The notes under the pieces were generated by a model, which ran no database searches, had not been told where the DNA came from, and saw only the letters and a list, made by a program, of their open reading frames with translations. 64,000 bases of DNA, from positions 1-64,000 of the forward strand of contig NMRA01000762.1 in the NCBI GenBank assembly GCA_002633005.1. Reading direction: 5' to 3'. A program made the translations under genes and the position numbers. Below are positions 52,501-64,000 of this stretch, one piece after another (position 1 is the stretch's first letter; each line of letters opens with the position of its first letter). This DNA comes from Phoronis australis. Its lineage: Eukaryota; Animalia; Phoronida.

Positions 52501-55500
52501 GGCGAGAAAATATAGCCAAAATCACGAGCTATCATTGAAAATACACGGCAATGTCTCGCGAAGTCTTTCTATTTTAGAAAGGTCCTCAGGAGTTCCTAGC
52601 GTTGATTGAACTCTACCCAGGTTCGGACAAACAATAACGTATTACTGTATAATGCCTGCATGTAATGTTTTCGATTCGCGGGTAGGCACGCGTACAATTT
52701 TATATACTATCTGTTAGATGAAATACTATATAGGAGCATTACATGAGTGTACTGCATTTTTCAGCATTTACGACCAATTTGATTCGAGAACTTCAGACAG
52801 ATCCTGCAATACCAATAACCGGGTTACAAGCTGAACTAGTGAAAGAGAAACTTAGAGGGCTATACGCCTCCCTAAAGGGGAATCCCTTCTTAAATGAGAG
52901 GCGGTTAAAAGTTGCGTCAGTAAAACCTCAACTTCCAACCACGGTAAGTACTGCGGAAGCACCTTCTGTTCTTACTTGCCATACATTAAGAGCATCCTTA
53001 TGACTGGGGCGAGCGATAGGAAAATGACGATAATGATTTTGGGCTAGGAGGGGATAAGTAGTCTGCACAGTGGCTTAGAATTTTGGGGACGGTTATAAAT
53101 CATGAGTGTCGTTCACACACAATAGACCTTGTGAAATAGGACTGTCCCGGATTACACGGTGAAAGAACTCTCCTTCGTCCAGGAGATAAGAATGTGCGTG
53201 ACCTAGTTTTGTCTCTAATTGATGTCGAGAAGGCGAAGAATTTCAGATCACAGATTCACGGGTATTTGTCCAGTTATCAAACTTTTTCACGTCGGAATTA
53301 TAGCCCTGTAACAGCACAGAAATAAAACTTCGTTGGCACTGGAAGAACGAAAAGAGTAATGCAACCGAGAAAAACTTGTAGACAACAACAAATAACATGT
53401 GAAACTCCAGTGGCACGAAAACGAGGCGGGAAATGTTCTCAATGACATTGTGGGTAAATACAGTGAGATTCGAGTGTCGCTGTGCGTGTAATCCTGGACG
53501 GCCTTATTGACAGTGAAAGCAGTTCTTTGTAAGAGCCCTGGGTAGATTTCAATAATCCTAGGACTTCGCTTATGGTAACCTATCAGTCTTAAGCTTAGAA
53601 CTCTGGGGTTTGAAAACATTACTACGCTTATCCGATCTCGAATTGCGGCCGAATGAGCAGGCAGTTCAAGTCACAGGCAATGCGTACACACGTCATCTTC
53701 GAATTCGCAATTGGCTAACCTCAATAAACTCTGAAGCGTTTTCTTTGGTTGGTGATGGTTAAGATGTTCGTGGTGATAATATAAATATATCTCTATTACC
53801 GCGTGGAATGTTATGACACCAATTTTACTGATATGAATAAACGGCCTTATCTCATTTTAGTTTTTAGACTGCTAAACAGCTAGGGTGAACCCATGTTGGC
53901 ACTTCCGCGAGGCAATACAATGACGGTCATCTGACTAGTCTATCTAAGTATTTGATCACATTACCCGTGAATTCAGTAGAACAATACCAACTTGGTGACC
54001 TGTCTCTACTCTAGTATACACTCACACAAACACTTGAAATTCTCACTGGTGGAACCGGGAAACTGTGAATTTCCACATATTATTCAACATTCCGGCCTTT
54101 CTGACCAATCACTTTAGTGGTGGCTAATTTACCAACTTATTACTGTAATAAGCGAGCATGCGCGCGAGCGAACTCGGGAAACTCTAGCCCCTCATTTGTG
54201 TGATTTTGCATGATCTCGCCAAAGGCGTCACGTGCAAGAAATTTGCCCTCTTGCCTGGCTACGTGTTATGACATCATTCCTATCGAAGCAAAAACGCAAT
54301 TGCATGGCGTCAACATTTCAGGTGTCTAAAAGATCTCATCATAGCCCCGCCCATCCAGTTTGTCCTTCGAAAACAGAATGGAAACTGCTTCACACAGCAA
54401 ACGATATCAACGGCAGTGAGGTGACGGTATACCAGCCACAAGATGGCACTGGCGACAAACAGTGGTTTTACACCGTCACATGCAAGTCCGAGCGACCGTC
54501 GACACCTGACACATATTTTGACTATGCATTTGAGACCTCTCACGGAGACAGTGCATGCCGAGGGATCAGACACAATGAGTGAGTAGGCAACGGCTAAAGA
54601 CTACACTTTCCTTTGTTTTTACGAGCTTAAAACAAAAAATAAGCTACACCAATCGAATTCGTACGTTTCAACCCTACTTCTAATGTTCACAGTTAGCAAA
54701 AGGTAAAGTCTACTGTGTCGTGCACTTCGACAGCCTCCACTAAACATTGAATTAAATCTTGAAAAAATATGTCAACAGAAAGAGAATTTTTTTAGCGTAC
54801 GTTTTGACTAAATTGCTTTGCAAGGAGGCGGTATGACCTAGTTGGATAAATGTCCGTTCAGTTTTACTCAAGATCGTGGGTTAGAGCATGCGCGCACCCC
54901 GCCTAAAATATAGGGGCTCGAATTTTTGACAATGTGGACCATTTACAAACAAAAAAACGGGGCTTAAAAACAAAAAAACGGGGTACCACGTTCAGAGCTA
55001 TGAATTGTGCATTCGCACCTTTTCAGTGGACTTTTGTCTCATTTACTTGGACTTTTTGTTTCTCTGAGGCGGACCTTTTTGCCCACTTCGCCCAATGGGG
55101 GGCGGCCCATTCGAGCCCCCCTGGGTGCGCCCATGTAGAGCCCCACTGGGTCACACTGCTACATCTTTGAACCAGGTCACTCACTCCTCCGTTCCGTTTT
55201 AACTATGTATCAATAAAGCATAAGAAAAGTTTCAAGTGACCAGTGCAACGGGCCCACCGGAGCGACCTGCACACGTCTGGTACAACGTATACCAGACCAC
55301 CTGCAATATTTGTTTCTAATTACTTTGCGTTAAAATTCACTTTTTGGTGTTTTTAACAAACGAGGACCAGTAAGAATCGTCAAACTAAAATCTTAACGAA
55401 GATGATGAAGGACGTTTTCATGATAATTTACGCATGTCCTGAAGAACTTAAGAAATAGAACTACATTCATTAAATTTCACCCTAGTCTGTGGGTCTTAAA

Positions 55501-56241
55501 GGTGTAGTCCGAATTACCGACGTGTGAGTGGCCTTCTCGTCAGCCCCTTAGACTACTGTCCGCGTGCAGCCACCCAGATCTGAAATCATTCACAAACCAT
55601 TTGCGTGTTCCTCAACTGAGGAGGACAAGAGTCACAAAATCACCATTTCGTTGCAAACAGCCCTGCACGTGGAAAACCACGGGCCCGTTCCAAGAAACTG
55701 AATTTGAGTTTGAAAGCTCATTTTTTTACTTAAATCTAAGATTTGTCTCAACTTCCCGACCTTCCACATCCAGTAAGATAGTCAAAATTAAGACAAAAAT
55801 TAACTCAAAAACGTCTCTTTCTTGAAACGGACTAGAGACAAATTTAAGTTTTATCTTAAAATCGACTGAACTTTAAAACTTGCCTCAGCTAAGTCAGTTT
55901 TATTGGAACGGGCCCCAGCACTATGTGCCTTATACCTCTCAGGCGACTTCCCGCTGTGCTGTAACTCAGTGGTTAGGGCCAAGACGTCACGGAAAGTGGG
56001 ACAAAGGCACCTTCTTTTTAGTTATCTCGCAAAAAGTCTATTAGCGCCATGTTGTTAGACGAGCACTATGAATGTTTGTGACCTAATCTATATCAAACGC
56101 TTTTTCAGGTTTCATTCCGAGTGCATACCGAAGAAGTCTCTAGTGATGGCTTACGTGAAGAAACAAGGCCAAACAACGTACGACTGGCAATACATCGAGG
56201 TGAACACTAGCTGTAACTGCGCGTTGACCCCGCGAGCTTGA
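49536..56241 (+). CDS. Pre-pro-neurotrophin (NGF/BDNF family cystine-knot growth factor), about 242 aa
   Basis: Exons 49536-49623, 50500-50571, 52765-52943, 54322-54578, 56109-56241 join in frame (729 nt). The mature domain after VSKR is SHHSPAHPVCPSKTEW..TANDINGSEVTV..KQWFYTVTC..SACRGIRHNEFHSEC..SLVMAY..WQYIEVNTSCNCAL. All six neurotrophin cysteines and the NGF motifs (VC.S...W, TA.DI.G.EV.V, KQ.F..T.C, CRGI, S.C, W..I...T.C.C) are present. The first two exons are less certain than the last three. Confidence 0.88.
50898..51054. mobile_element. Short MITE with 5-bp TSD (GTTCG)
   Basis: GTTCG|CAGTGGCGGAT ... ATCCGCCACTG|GTTCG, with a subterminal poly-C tract. Confidence 0.85.
54824..55310 (+). 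mobile_element. tRNA-derived SINE interrupted by a MITE
   Basis: A-box-like TGACCTAGTTGG (54834-54845). A B-box-like GGTTAGAGCCC is restored when the MITE and one TSD are removed. The 3' boundary is approximate. Confidence 0.5.
54887..55135. mobile_element. Same MITE family, 5-bp TSD (TAGAG), nested in a SINE
   Basis: TAGAG|CATGCGCGCACCC ... GGGTGCGCCCATG|TAGAG; internal gtggacttttgtctcattt is the reverse complement of 43538-43556. Confidence 0.85.
55681..55916. mobile_element. Same MITE family, copy 3 (in the last neurotrophin intron)
   Basis: GGGCCCGTTCCAA ... TTGGAACGGGCCC perfect 13-bp TIR. Confidence 0.75.
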
Positions 56242-57059
56242 AGACAACTCACGAAGAGTTAGTGCACCGAGTAAAGGACAGAAAACGTGTGAACGGTCTC
56301 CATGACTTTAAAATATTAAAAAATTGTACAGGTAGACATTGAATGCATTTCTCAAAAGAGTAGTCTCTTGCCGAAGTAAACGGGTTGCGCACTATGAACC
56401 AGGCAGTGGGTGACGTTCACAGAGTCTGACTTCCGCCGTGCAATGTGTGAATTCAATGTTAGGTGCTACAGTGTTTCATGTGACGTCATGACTAACTCAT
56501 GCTTTTGAGACGATGTGAACTCTGTGGACGAATCAAGAGTGTCAGACATGACTTAGCATCTATTTAGGGAGCATCAAAAATCACAACTGAAGCGAAATAT
56601 TCCCTTAACAATTTATCAGATTTTTTTTGGTCTCAAAGCAATGAAAGGGACAAATACCAGCAAATCCTTCAGGAACACAATCAATTTTACGACCGAAAAG
56701 CGGATACTTGGAATAGTTGATGGATAGGATGAACTTCTTGAATTTATTAACTTTGACCAAAGCTATAAAGCAACAAAACCCACTGAAATCGACGCCGATT
56801 ATTTATTCAGTCTCGAGAATACTAATGCGAAGCCATTTATCGAGTGGGGTTTAGCTTTAACGCCACCAAAGCGCCGGATTGTGTGTTTTGACGTTGGCGA
56901 GTTCGATTATGCGTTGGGGCTGATCTCAGAAAAAACACTTTTCACGCCGTTAATGCAAATTTAATCGCAAACGGATATTCGATGAATAACAAACTCTGGT
57001 TTGCAAGTACAAGTCTGGGTTTGAGTTTTCGACTTGGTGGCCAAATGGATGAACGATAC

Positions 57060-57200
57060 GCAAGTAAATTACGAAAGTAAATTAATCCTTGTTGGTGGCG
57101 TAAATTAATTCTTTTCAGTGGCGTAAATTAATTATTTGCGGCGTAAACTAATTATTCGAGGCGCAAATTAATGTTAATTTACGCACGTAATTTAATTGCG
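57060..57200. repeat. Short degenerate tandem array of GCGTAAATTAATT (about 20-22 bp period), with inverted copies at the end
   Basis: At least six copies of gtaaattaat-like units; the array ends with the inverted ttaatttacgc. Confidence 0.7.
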
Positions 57201-60133
57201 TAACGATAGGTATCCGATATCACATAGATGGGACGTTTTCTTCTTCGTTCGCCCCTAAAATGTAGATCAGAAAGTAGCGTCCTCTTGTATGGAACTGTTT
57301 CAAACATGGACTTATCGAAGTTTCCTGAATCTGTTGCGTATTTGTAAGCTTGTGAAAATACCGCTTGTTCTTTCTTATAGTGTTCAATTTAATTTCATTA
57401 CTAAAGTCACTCTTAGGCTTTGATATAAATCGAGAGTTAACTTTACGTTGAATACTCAATATTATCGAAAATAAATTTTGCTGATGCAACCCGTGCAATT
57501 TATAACTAAGTCCCTATTTAATTTGATTAAACTAAGGGCTACGTTTTTAGTTACTTTATTAGAAAACGTAATTATTCAAAGAGGAGCTCATAATCAAGAT
57601 GTAATGAAGAATTACATCTGCGAGTATAAAAGATACCATACACAAAACATTTAGGGGACCTATTTGAGTCCCTATTTGGGACTGTTTTATGCAACCGGGC
57701 ACAGCTCTCCCTCAACGCGCACACGACCACAAAACGCAGTCGACACGACGTTTTAGGTCAGTGCCACGTGGATATTTTCCTTCAAAAGATGTGGTTAAAC
57801 CACTCCTTACGACATCCAATTCGGATAGTGACTACGTGTTTTTTCGGCATACTATTCTGGATAAATTACTCGCAACAACTGAGACCACAAAGTCAAAAAC
57901 ACTCGTCCCCGGAACCCCTTAGTGACTTGACCGAAGGCACGCCCCAACGAATTGCTGCATAAAAAGTACTTCTTATTTGAAACCAACGTAATAACACCGG
58001 TCGCCTGATAAAGGCCAGCATTAAATGGTTGACAACAGGGGAACTGAAATGCTAACACATGTTCTTCACTTGGAGACAGTTGCGTAAGGTATGGTAATGA
58101 TTGTTGAGAATGGCAGTGAAGTCTACAATGTTACGGCGTTAATAAACTGGCGTGTTTGACCATAACGAGTGTCTGTGGTTCGACGTGGTTCGATCATGCT
58201 CGAACGAATATTCCAGGGACGTCCCGAAATTAATAAGAGTCTAGAACTTTCTAAGATGAAGAGGTGGCAGCACAAAGGTGATAAGAGAGCTGTTCTAGTT
58301 GCTGTTATATTGTCTCGTGTCTTGTCTACCGTAAATTTCAGAATGTATATCTCAGAGTGTACAAAAAATGTTTTTACATGCCTAATACCAAAAAAGTAAG
58401 TTTAAAAGTATTTTCGGAAACGAGGGCATATAAATTGAAAGTACATGATAAAACAGGTCGTGATGGGTATTTGCCTCGTTGCTGCTCCAGCACGGGAACC
58501 ACCAGGTAGCAGTTATTAGCCTTGGTGTTATTCTGACTGAATACCGTATGAAAGGGTTCACTTAAAGGTATTTTCTTCTTGGAAACGCTTAAGTCCTGAT
58601 TTTTGATAGCTTCTCATACAAAAGCGGAATTCTTTAAAAACAATTCCTAACCGCTTTTTGGAGAACAGTGCACAAAGCATTATTACAGATTTACTCTGTG
58701 TGTTGACCGTATTAGTTTTCTGTATGACCGTAAGGTAGCGTATATTGAAGAATCTGGTGTGAGATTTGAACAAAACGTACTTAATCTGTGTGTTGAGGTG
58801 TGGAGTCACATTTCGCACCGGTTATCGAAGTTATATAGGGATCACATCGACGTAAGTTTACCTTAGTATGTAATACAGTTTATTGACTGTCGTGATACGG
58901 TAGAGATAACGCGTTTCTTGTTTACAGCTCATGTCTTTTACTTGTGAATATAATGAAAGAGTTCCTTGTGCAAGCGTTTTTTACCAGTAATGTACGGGAA
59001 CAAGTTTCCGTGTCTCTGCAGTTTAAACACAAATACAAGCCACAGTAGAGTCAACCACTCGTTTTATTTTGCTTGACTAAGTCTGTTTTCTCAAGCATAA
59101 TATCTGAAAGTTTCAAATAAATCCAATTAGCTATTTCCGAGATACGATGTTTCGAAGTTAGCCTAATTTGACTATTTTTGCAGAGTTTGAGAATTGAACA
59201 TTGGATGTCTGGTATTTTGAGAAAGGTACCTTTTTTGTAGTCAATAAGCTATTCAGTTGTTTAAAAATGCTCTCCGGCTACAGTATACATTTGTTCAAGT
59301 GAACTCGCTGTGCATCTCTGAGGACAATTAACTCGGTGCTTCATTATAGACACAAAGTCTGACGTCATTTTCTTTTCCTCAGCTTTTGTCACTATGACCT
59401 GCATTGTAACTCAGAAATGGCGATTTTAACTTGAACTAAGCTTTCGATTCTGTATTACCTGACTTTCAATTTCGTCAACACACATTAAGTTTTAAGAGAA
59501 GTCTCTCAGTTAAACTGAGAGCCAATTAAAAAGGCGATGCATGTGATGGTTTGCAAAATAGGTCTATACAGTTAGCCTATTCCAAAAATATACTTCTTCA
59601 GGGATTCGTTAGATGGGCGCTACCAAGTCATGCTCTAAGTTACATATATGTGAGTTGTCGCTCACTAGGTATTCCAGTGTGCTTTAGTTGATGGTATTTA
59701 TTATGCTTTTGAAATATGTATTTTTTCGTGCGAAGCACCATCGCCATCGCGACGCCAATTACTCGGGCGATTTATCGTTTGCAGCAACACACGATATCAT
59801 GATCAATTTCACCAAAATGAAATTAACAAATCTATTCTAGTTTGATTTTGAGTGAATGACCTCCAATTATTTGTTGATGAATCTAAATTAAAATTCACAC
59901 AGGCTGAACAGACCTCTTACAGCAGAATTCATCTATCTTTATGTTACTAAAATGAGAACAAAAACACAAAATTAAGAAAACTGGTCTGCTACAAATAAAC
60001 AATTTTTATTTACGGAATTAAACTGTGTTATGCGTTTGAAATATACGAATGAAAGTTTGGACACAAGCGGCACTAGAGCAACAGTTAAATTCACGGTTTT
60101 CGTTTTGGTTCTGTTGACACTTTTTCACACGAG

Positions 60134-61496
60134 TCAGGGTGTTCCATCGAAATTAGAATCCTGGTGTAAAAAAAAAACAAAACAAAAAAAACAACAGACA
60201 TCTCGGAGTCGAAGCAGACCCCTGCACCTTCAAAACAGCTAACCAGCGCGAAAAACACGAACCCCGACCTTTAAAACAGGGACCCCGGGATTGGACAGGA
60301 AACCCGGGCAAATTTTCAAATTTTCTGAGACCATATCAGTAGCCTCGAATTGAGTTACAGCATCTTTCTTCACAGTGTGCTTTCCACGATCCAGTTGGTT
60401 TCTGCATTTCTTTGTTAAATTGTCAATAATAAACCCAAACTTACATTATATTGACTTAGCTCAGTATTTGATCTACATCGGAGAACTCGTGCAACTTAAA
60501 ATTCTGTGGGCGAATTTCAACATAATCTAGACCCTCAACACGTTGTAATCTCAGTAAACATTTAGTTAATTTCAGATTATTGAATAGTTTCTCCAAAAAT
60601 GTTTTCAAAACTGAAAAACAAAAACATCATTTCGACTTTGGAATGCCATTGTTGATCAATTCCTTTAAATATCACCATTTTAGTGCTCCCCGATTAACCT
60701 GTCAAGAGTACATTATTTACGCACAACCAATTTCCAGATTTTGAAATGGAACACGAGAGCTATTCACTCAAAAGACCTGCATCGCCACCAATTTCACTAT
60801 TCTTGTCGTCAAAAAAGTATACTTCAACTCTCCATCGATCATTAAAACGGAATTCAATGGAATCGGAATTTCTGAACTCAACGCATTCACATTCTTTTTG
60901 GCGGATCACTGCTGCAAAATTTGTTCAGAAATTCGGTTTGTTGGAGTTAAAATAGCAAAAACTTGTAAGGAAATGAAACCAGTTCCGATAATTTGTTGTG
61001 ACATGTACGTAACCTCGTGGAAAGTAGAACAGTTGATTGAAGAATTGGGGAAAAAAGAAACTGGCCAATCGGTGATGGAATATTTCATGGCGCCGAAAGC
61101 CGACGCAAAGGATAGCACAACTTTAGCAGCAGAATAATGCTGAACGCCAATTCTTATTTAGTAAAACAATATATCACAACAACTATTTAAAGTAGGAAGG
61201 TTTACTTTTTCCATCAAAATATGAAATTGATACAAGTCGGATCAACACAAAGCACTTTAAAGGTACTAAGGTACTGATTTCTTGGGATAAACAATATTTG
61301 ACAGAAAATGCGGGATTGGTGTTTCGACCCCAGGATGTCCTGTCCGATCCCCGAGTTCCTGTTTTAGTAAAATGGGAGTTTTGAAAGGTCGGGGTTCGTG
61401 TTTTTCGGACTGGTTAGCTGTTTTGAAAGTACGGGAGTATTCGACTCAGGAATATCTGTTTTACACCGGGGTTCCAATTTCGATAGAACACCTTGA
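60134..61496. mobile_element. About 1.36-kb non-autonomous DNA transposon with long (about 170 bp) imperfect TIRs
   Basis: 60134-60310 is the imperfect reverse complement of 61325-61496 (TCAGGGTGTTCCATCGAAATT / AATTTCGATAGAACACCTTGA; CAAAACAGCTAACCAG; GAAAAACACGAACCCCGACCTTT). Flanked by GAG on both sides. Confidence 0.8.
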
Positions 61497-61945
61497 GAGT
61501 GGTTTACTAAACAAGATCATTTTACAGGTAGCGTGAGATGTCTGCGCGAGGCGTCATCTGCGCAAGGGACTGTGCAACAGACTACACAGTAACAGTAGAC
61601 GTAGCTATACAACCTGTTGATATCTCTTTATTTTAGCCAGGAGTTCAGTTTATCATAAATACTAGCAGGAAGCAGGAAGACATATACCAACGTCTTCCTC
61701 ATTCTAGTCAACAAACAGCACTCTAACATGAACGGAGCAGACGAGCGCCTGCGCGACACCATATTGATTCGATCCGGAGCAGCTGCTCGAATAACAAATC
61801 TGCTCTGGGATCCAATCACGATTAGCTAAGGATGATAAACCCCTGTCGGGCCTTACCAATCTCATAACAAAACTAAGCGCATGGCTTTTCGCACGAACGA
61901 ACAGCTGCATGCAAAGCCTCTGGGACTTTCGTTATCTGTTGAACC

Positions 61946-64000
61946 ATGGTGTCCTTACTGCGTCCATGGGTAGCTTGGCGATTGCACGCATTAGACAAGT
62001 AAGTATTTAATCGTTTATTTGCTTAAACAACATTAAAGCGTCTTCTCGGCATCACCGAAGACAAATTTTGGTTTAGATCACAACCGAGGTGAAACTGGTC
62101 TCAATATTGCTACGCACTCAAAATAGTTGTGACTTCTGTGCTTGGAAAGATCAAGTTTACCGTTAATTATTGCTTGTTTAGCCTACATAAGGCTTTTCAC
62201 GTGGACTTGCCGCGGCGTTCATTTTATGATTCGCCCTCCGAGCTCATCTCTAGCAGTAACCAAGTGTTAGTTCTTTGCAAGGCCACCACTTCTCAACATG
62301 TTTAGGGAGCAAGTTACTAAGAACAGTTTTGTAACGGTAACTAGTATAAATCTAAATTTACTTTCTTCTACGGAACGCGGGCTTATTGTGTTTCAAATTC
62401 GACATTTGGACGGAGCTTATAATCCAAGACACTAATTGTACCAAATAGCTCTACCATACACGGTCATTTAGCGAAACTTCCGCGCTGATCAAACAAATCC
62501 AAATGATTGTTGTAAATTTGAGTCATTCTAATGGTTTTACATTAAGATAAACCATGCGCACACGCGTGACTCAGTACTGTTACACACCGAAATTACCAGG
62601 CAATACGTGAAAGTGTACGAGTATTTTTCCTGTTGGGCGGTTGAAAGTGGAATTATACTGCATGCAAATGGTGACAGGACGTGTTCAAAGCTGTATAACC
62701 CTCGCCCAAAACTTCTCCACCTTTTATTTAGACCACTTGTCGTCATTTGATTGGAATAGTGACTCAGATTTCGTCATCATGCTCTGTGGATAAAATCCCT
62801 CGCCGCGGTTTCGCAAGCCAAGTCTGAGATCAGTACCAGTTAATCTTGTAAATAAACAAACACGCTGATTTAACCAAGACCACTTCTGCTATTATCTGAG
62901 TAAGGAACTGATAACAATAACGGCAAGTGGTCCACACCAGAAGTCTTATGTTCATGCCGACTTTATTTAATTACTTATTGCACTTTCCAGATGGCCAAAA
63001 ACAATGAGAAAACGCATGTTTCTAACGTTAGGCCTCATCACTGTCGTCACAGTTTTGTTATCTTTTGACTGGAACATGTCAAACACGGATCCAGTGCCAG
63101 CAAAGTTGGGGGAAACAACACTGCGAACTTCGCGACGGAAACTGGCGACTCGCTACGGTCGGACCGTAGAATGTCAGGCATTAAACCGTGGAGATTTAAA
63201 AGCTGTTGACAACGCGAAACATATTATGTTAAACTCTGTTCGAGTACCCATTCCAGACAGACAATTTGTAGACATGACCCAGAAATGTTCATCTTTCACT
63301 CGTGAGAAGAATTACATAAGGTATCCCCGGAAAACTCCGAAAGACGAGGATTTTCCTATCGCGTTTAGCATCCTCATATACCATTACGTGGACCAAGTAG
63401 AACATTTACTCCGCGCCATCTATCGTCCTCAGAACATTTACTGCATTCATGTTGATCGAAGAGCTCCTGAAGATGTGTATGTAGGTATGAACGCGGTGAC
63501 CAAGTGTTTTGACAATGTCTTCTTATCGTCCAGACGCACTACAGTGATCTATGGGGGCTACAGCGTTTTGGAGGCCCACCTCAATTGCATGAAAGACGCC
63601 TTGACTCACCGAGTAAAATGGAAATATCTCATTAACTTGTCAGGTGAAATGTTCCCATTAAAAACTAACAAGGAGATTGTTGGAGTTTTAAGGGCGTTTA
63701 ATGGATCCAACGATCTATGTGGCATGAACGCTTCATCCTATAAATATCGGTGGAAGTTTAAATACTTAGAAACTAATTACCTCGCGAGACCAATACGAAC
63801 CAATTTGAGGAATCCACCTCCCCCGCATAACATCACGCTTGTCAAAGGGAATGTCTACGGTTTATACTCCAGAGAGTTTCTACAATACGCTGTGTCAAAC
63901 CCCATTGCTACCGACTTACTCCACTGGATGAAGCACGTTAGTAATGCGGAAGAATTTTTCTTCGCCACTTTGCATCACACAAAGCACAACCCGCACTTGA
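61946..64000 (+). CDS. Core-2/I-branching beta-1,6-N-acetylglucosaminyltransferase (GT14/Branch family, GCNT-like), truncated by the window end
   Basis: Exon 61946-61998 (ACCATGG Kozak context, donor gtaagt) joins in frame to exon 62991 to >64000. Type II anchor MFLTLGLITVVTVLLSF and motifs FPIAFSILIYH, LLRAIYRPQNIYCIHVD, AHLNCMKD, WKYLINLSGEMFPLKTN, EEFFFATL. An alternative start at 63004 is possible. Confidence 0.93.

Noticed and set aside
54824-54890. tRNA gene
   Set aside because: Only degenerate A/B boxes, no full cloverleaf, and interrupted by a MITE; treated as a SINE head.
62991-63068. Out-of-frame ATG at the start of the large GT14 exon as a regulatory uORF
   Set aside because: An in-frame ATG in strong Kozak context at 61946 lies upstream, so this ATG is internal to the CDS.

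Overview
AT-rich, intron-containing genomic DNA from an animal, most likely a bilaterian invertebrate; the species cannot be determined from the sequence. There are two N-gaps. Five protein-coding genes can be rebuilt by hand from GT-AG splice sites and reading phase. (1) A short minus-strand gene encoding a stand-alone AK5/PKA-R-type dimerization-docking domain protein (6533-7000). (2) Inscuteable, head-to-head with gene 1 (INSC, +, 13 coding exons, 10796-25995, about 544 aa). (3) A monofunctional heme catalase, convergent with INSC (-, 40782-28632, about 511 aa); four of its 3' exons appear twice around a gap, probably as uncollapsed haplotypes. (4) A five-exon pre-pro-neurotrophin of the NGF/BDNF family (+, 49536-56241, about 242 aa), only fragments of which appear in the ORF track. 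(5) A core-2/I-branching beta-1,6-GlcNAc transferase (GT14, +, from 61946 to beyond the window end). Introns and intergenic DNA carry many MITEs (TA, TTAA and 5-bp target duplications), SINE and LINE remnants, and CTCF-like motifs. Most notable: the invertebrate neurotrophin with an expanded loop and an intron in the mature domain; INSC-CAT-neurotrophin linkage that mirrors human 11p; a triplicated in-frame splice acceptor in INSC; and a palindromic poly(A) signal between INSC and catalase. No prokaryotic features, rRNA, tRNA or CRISPR were seen.
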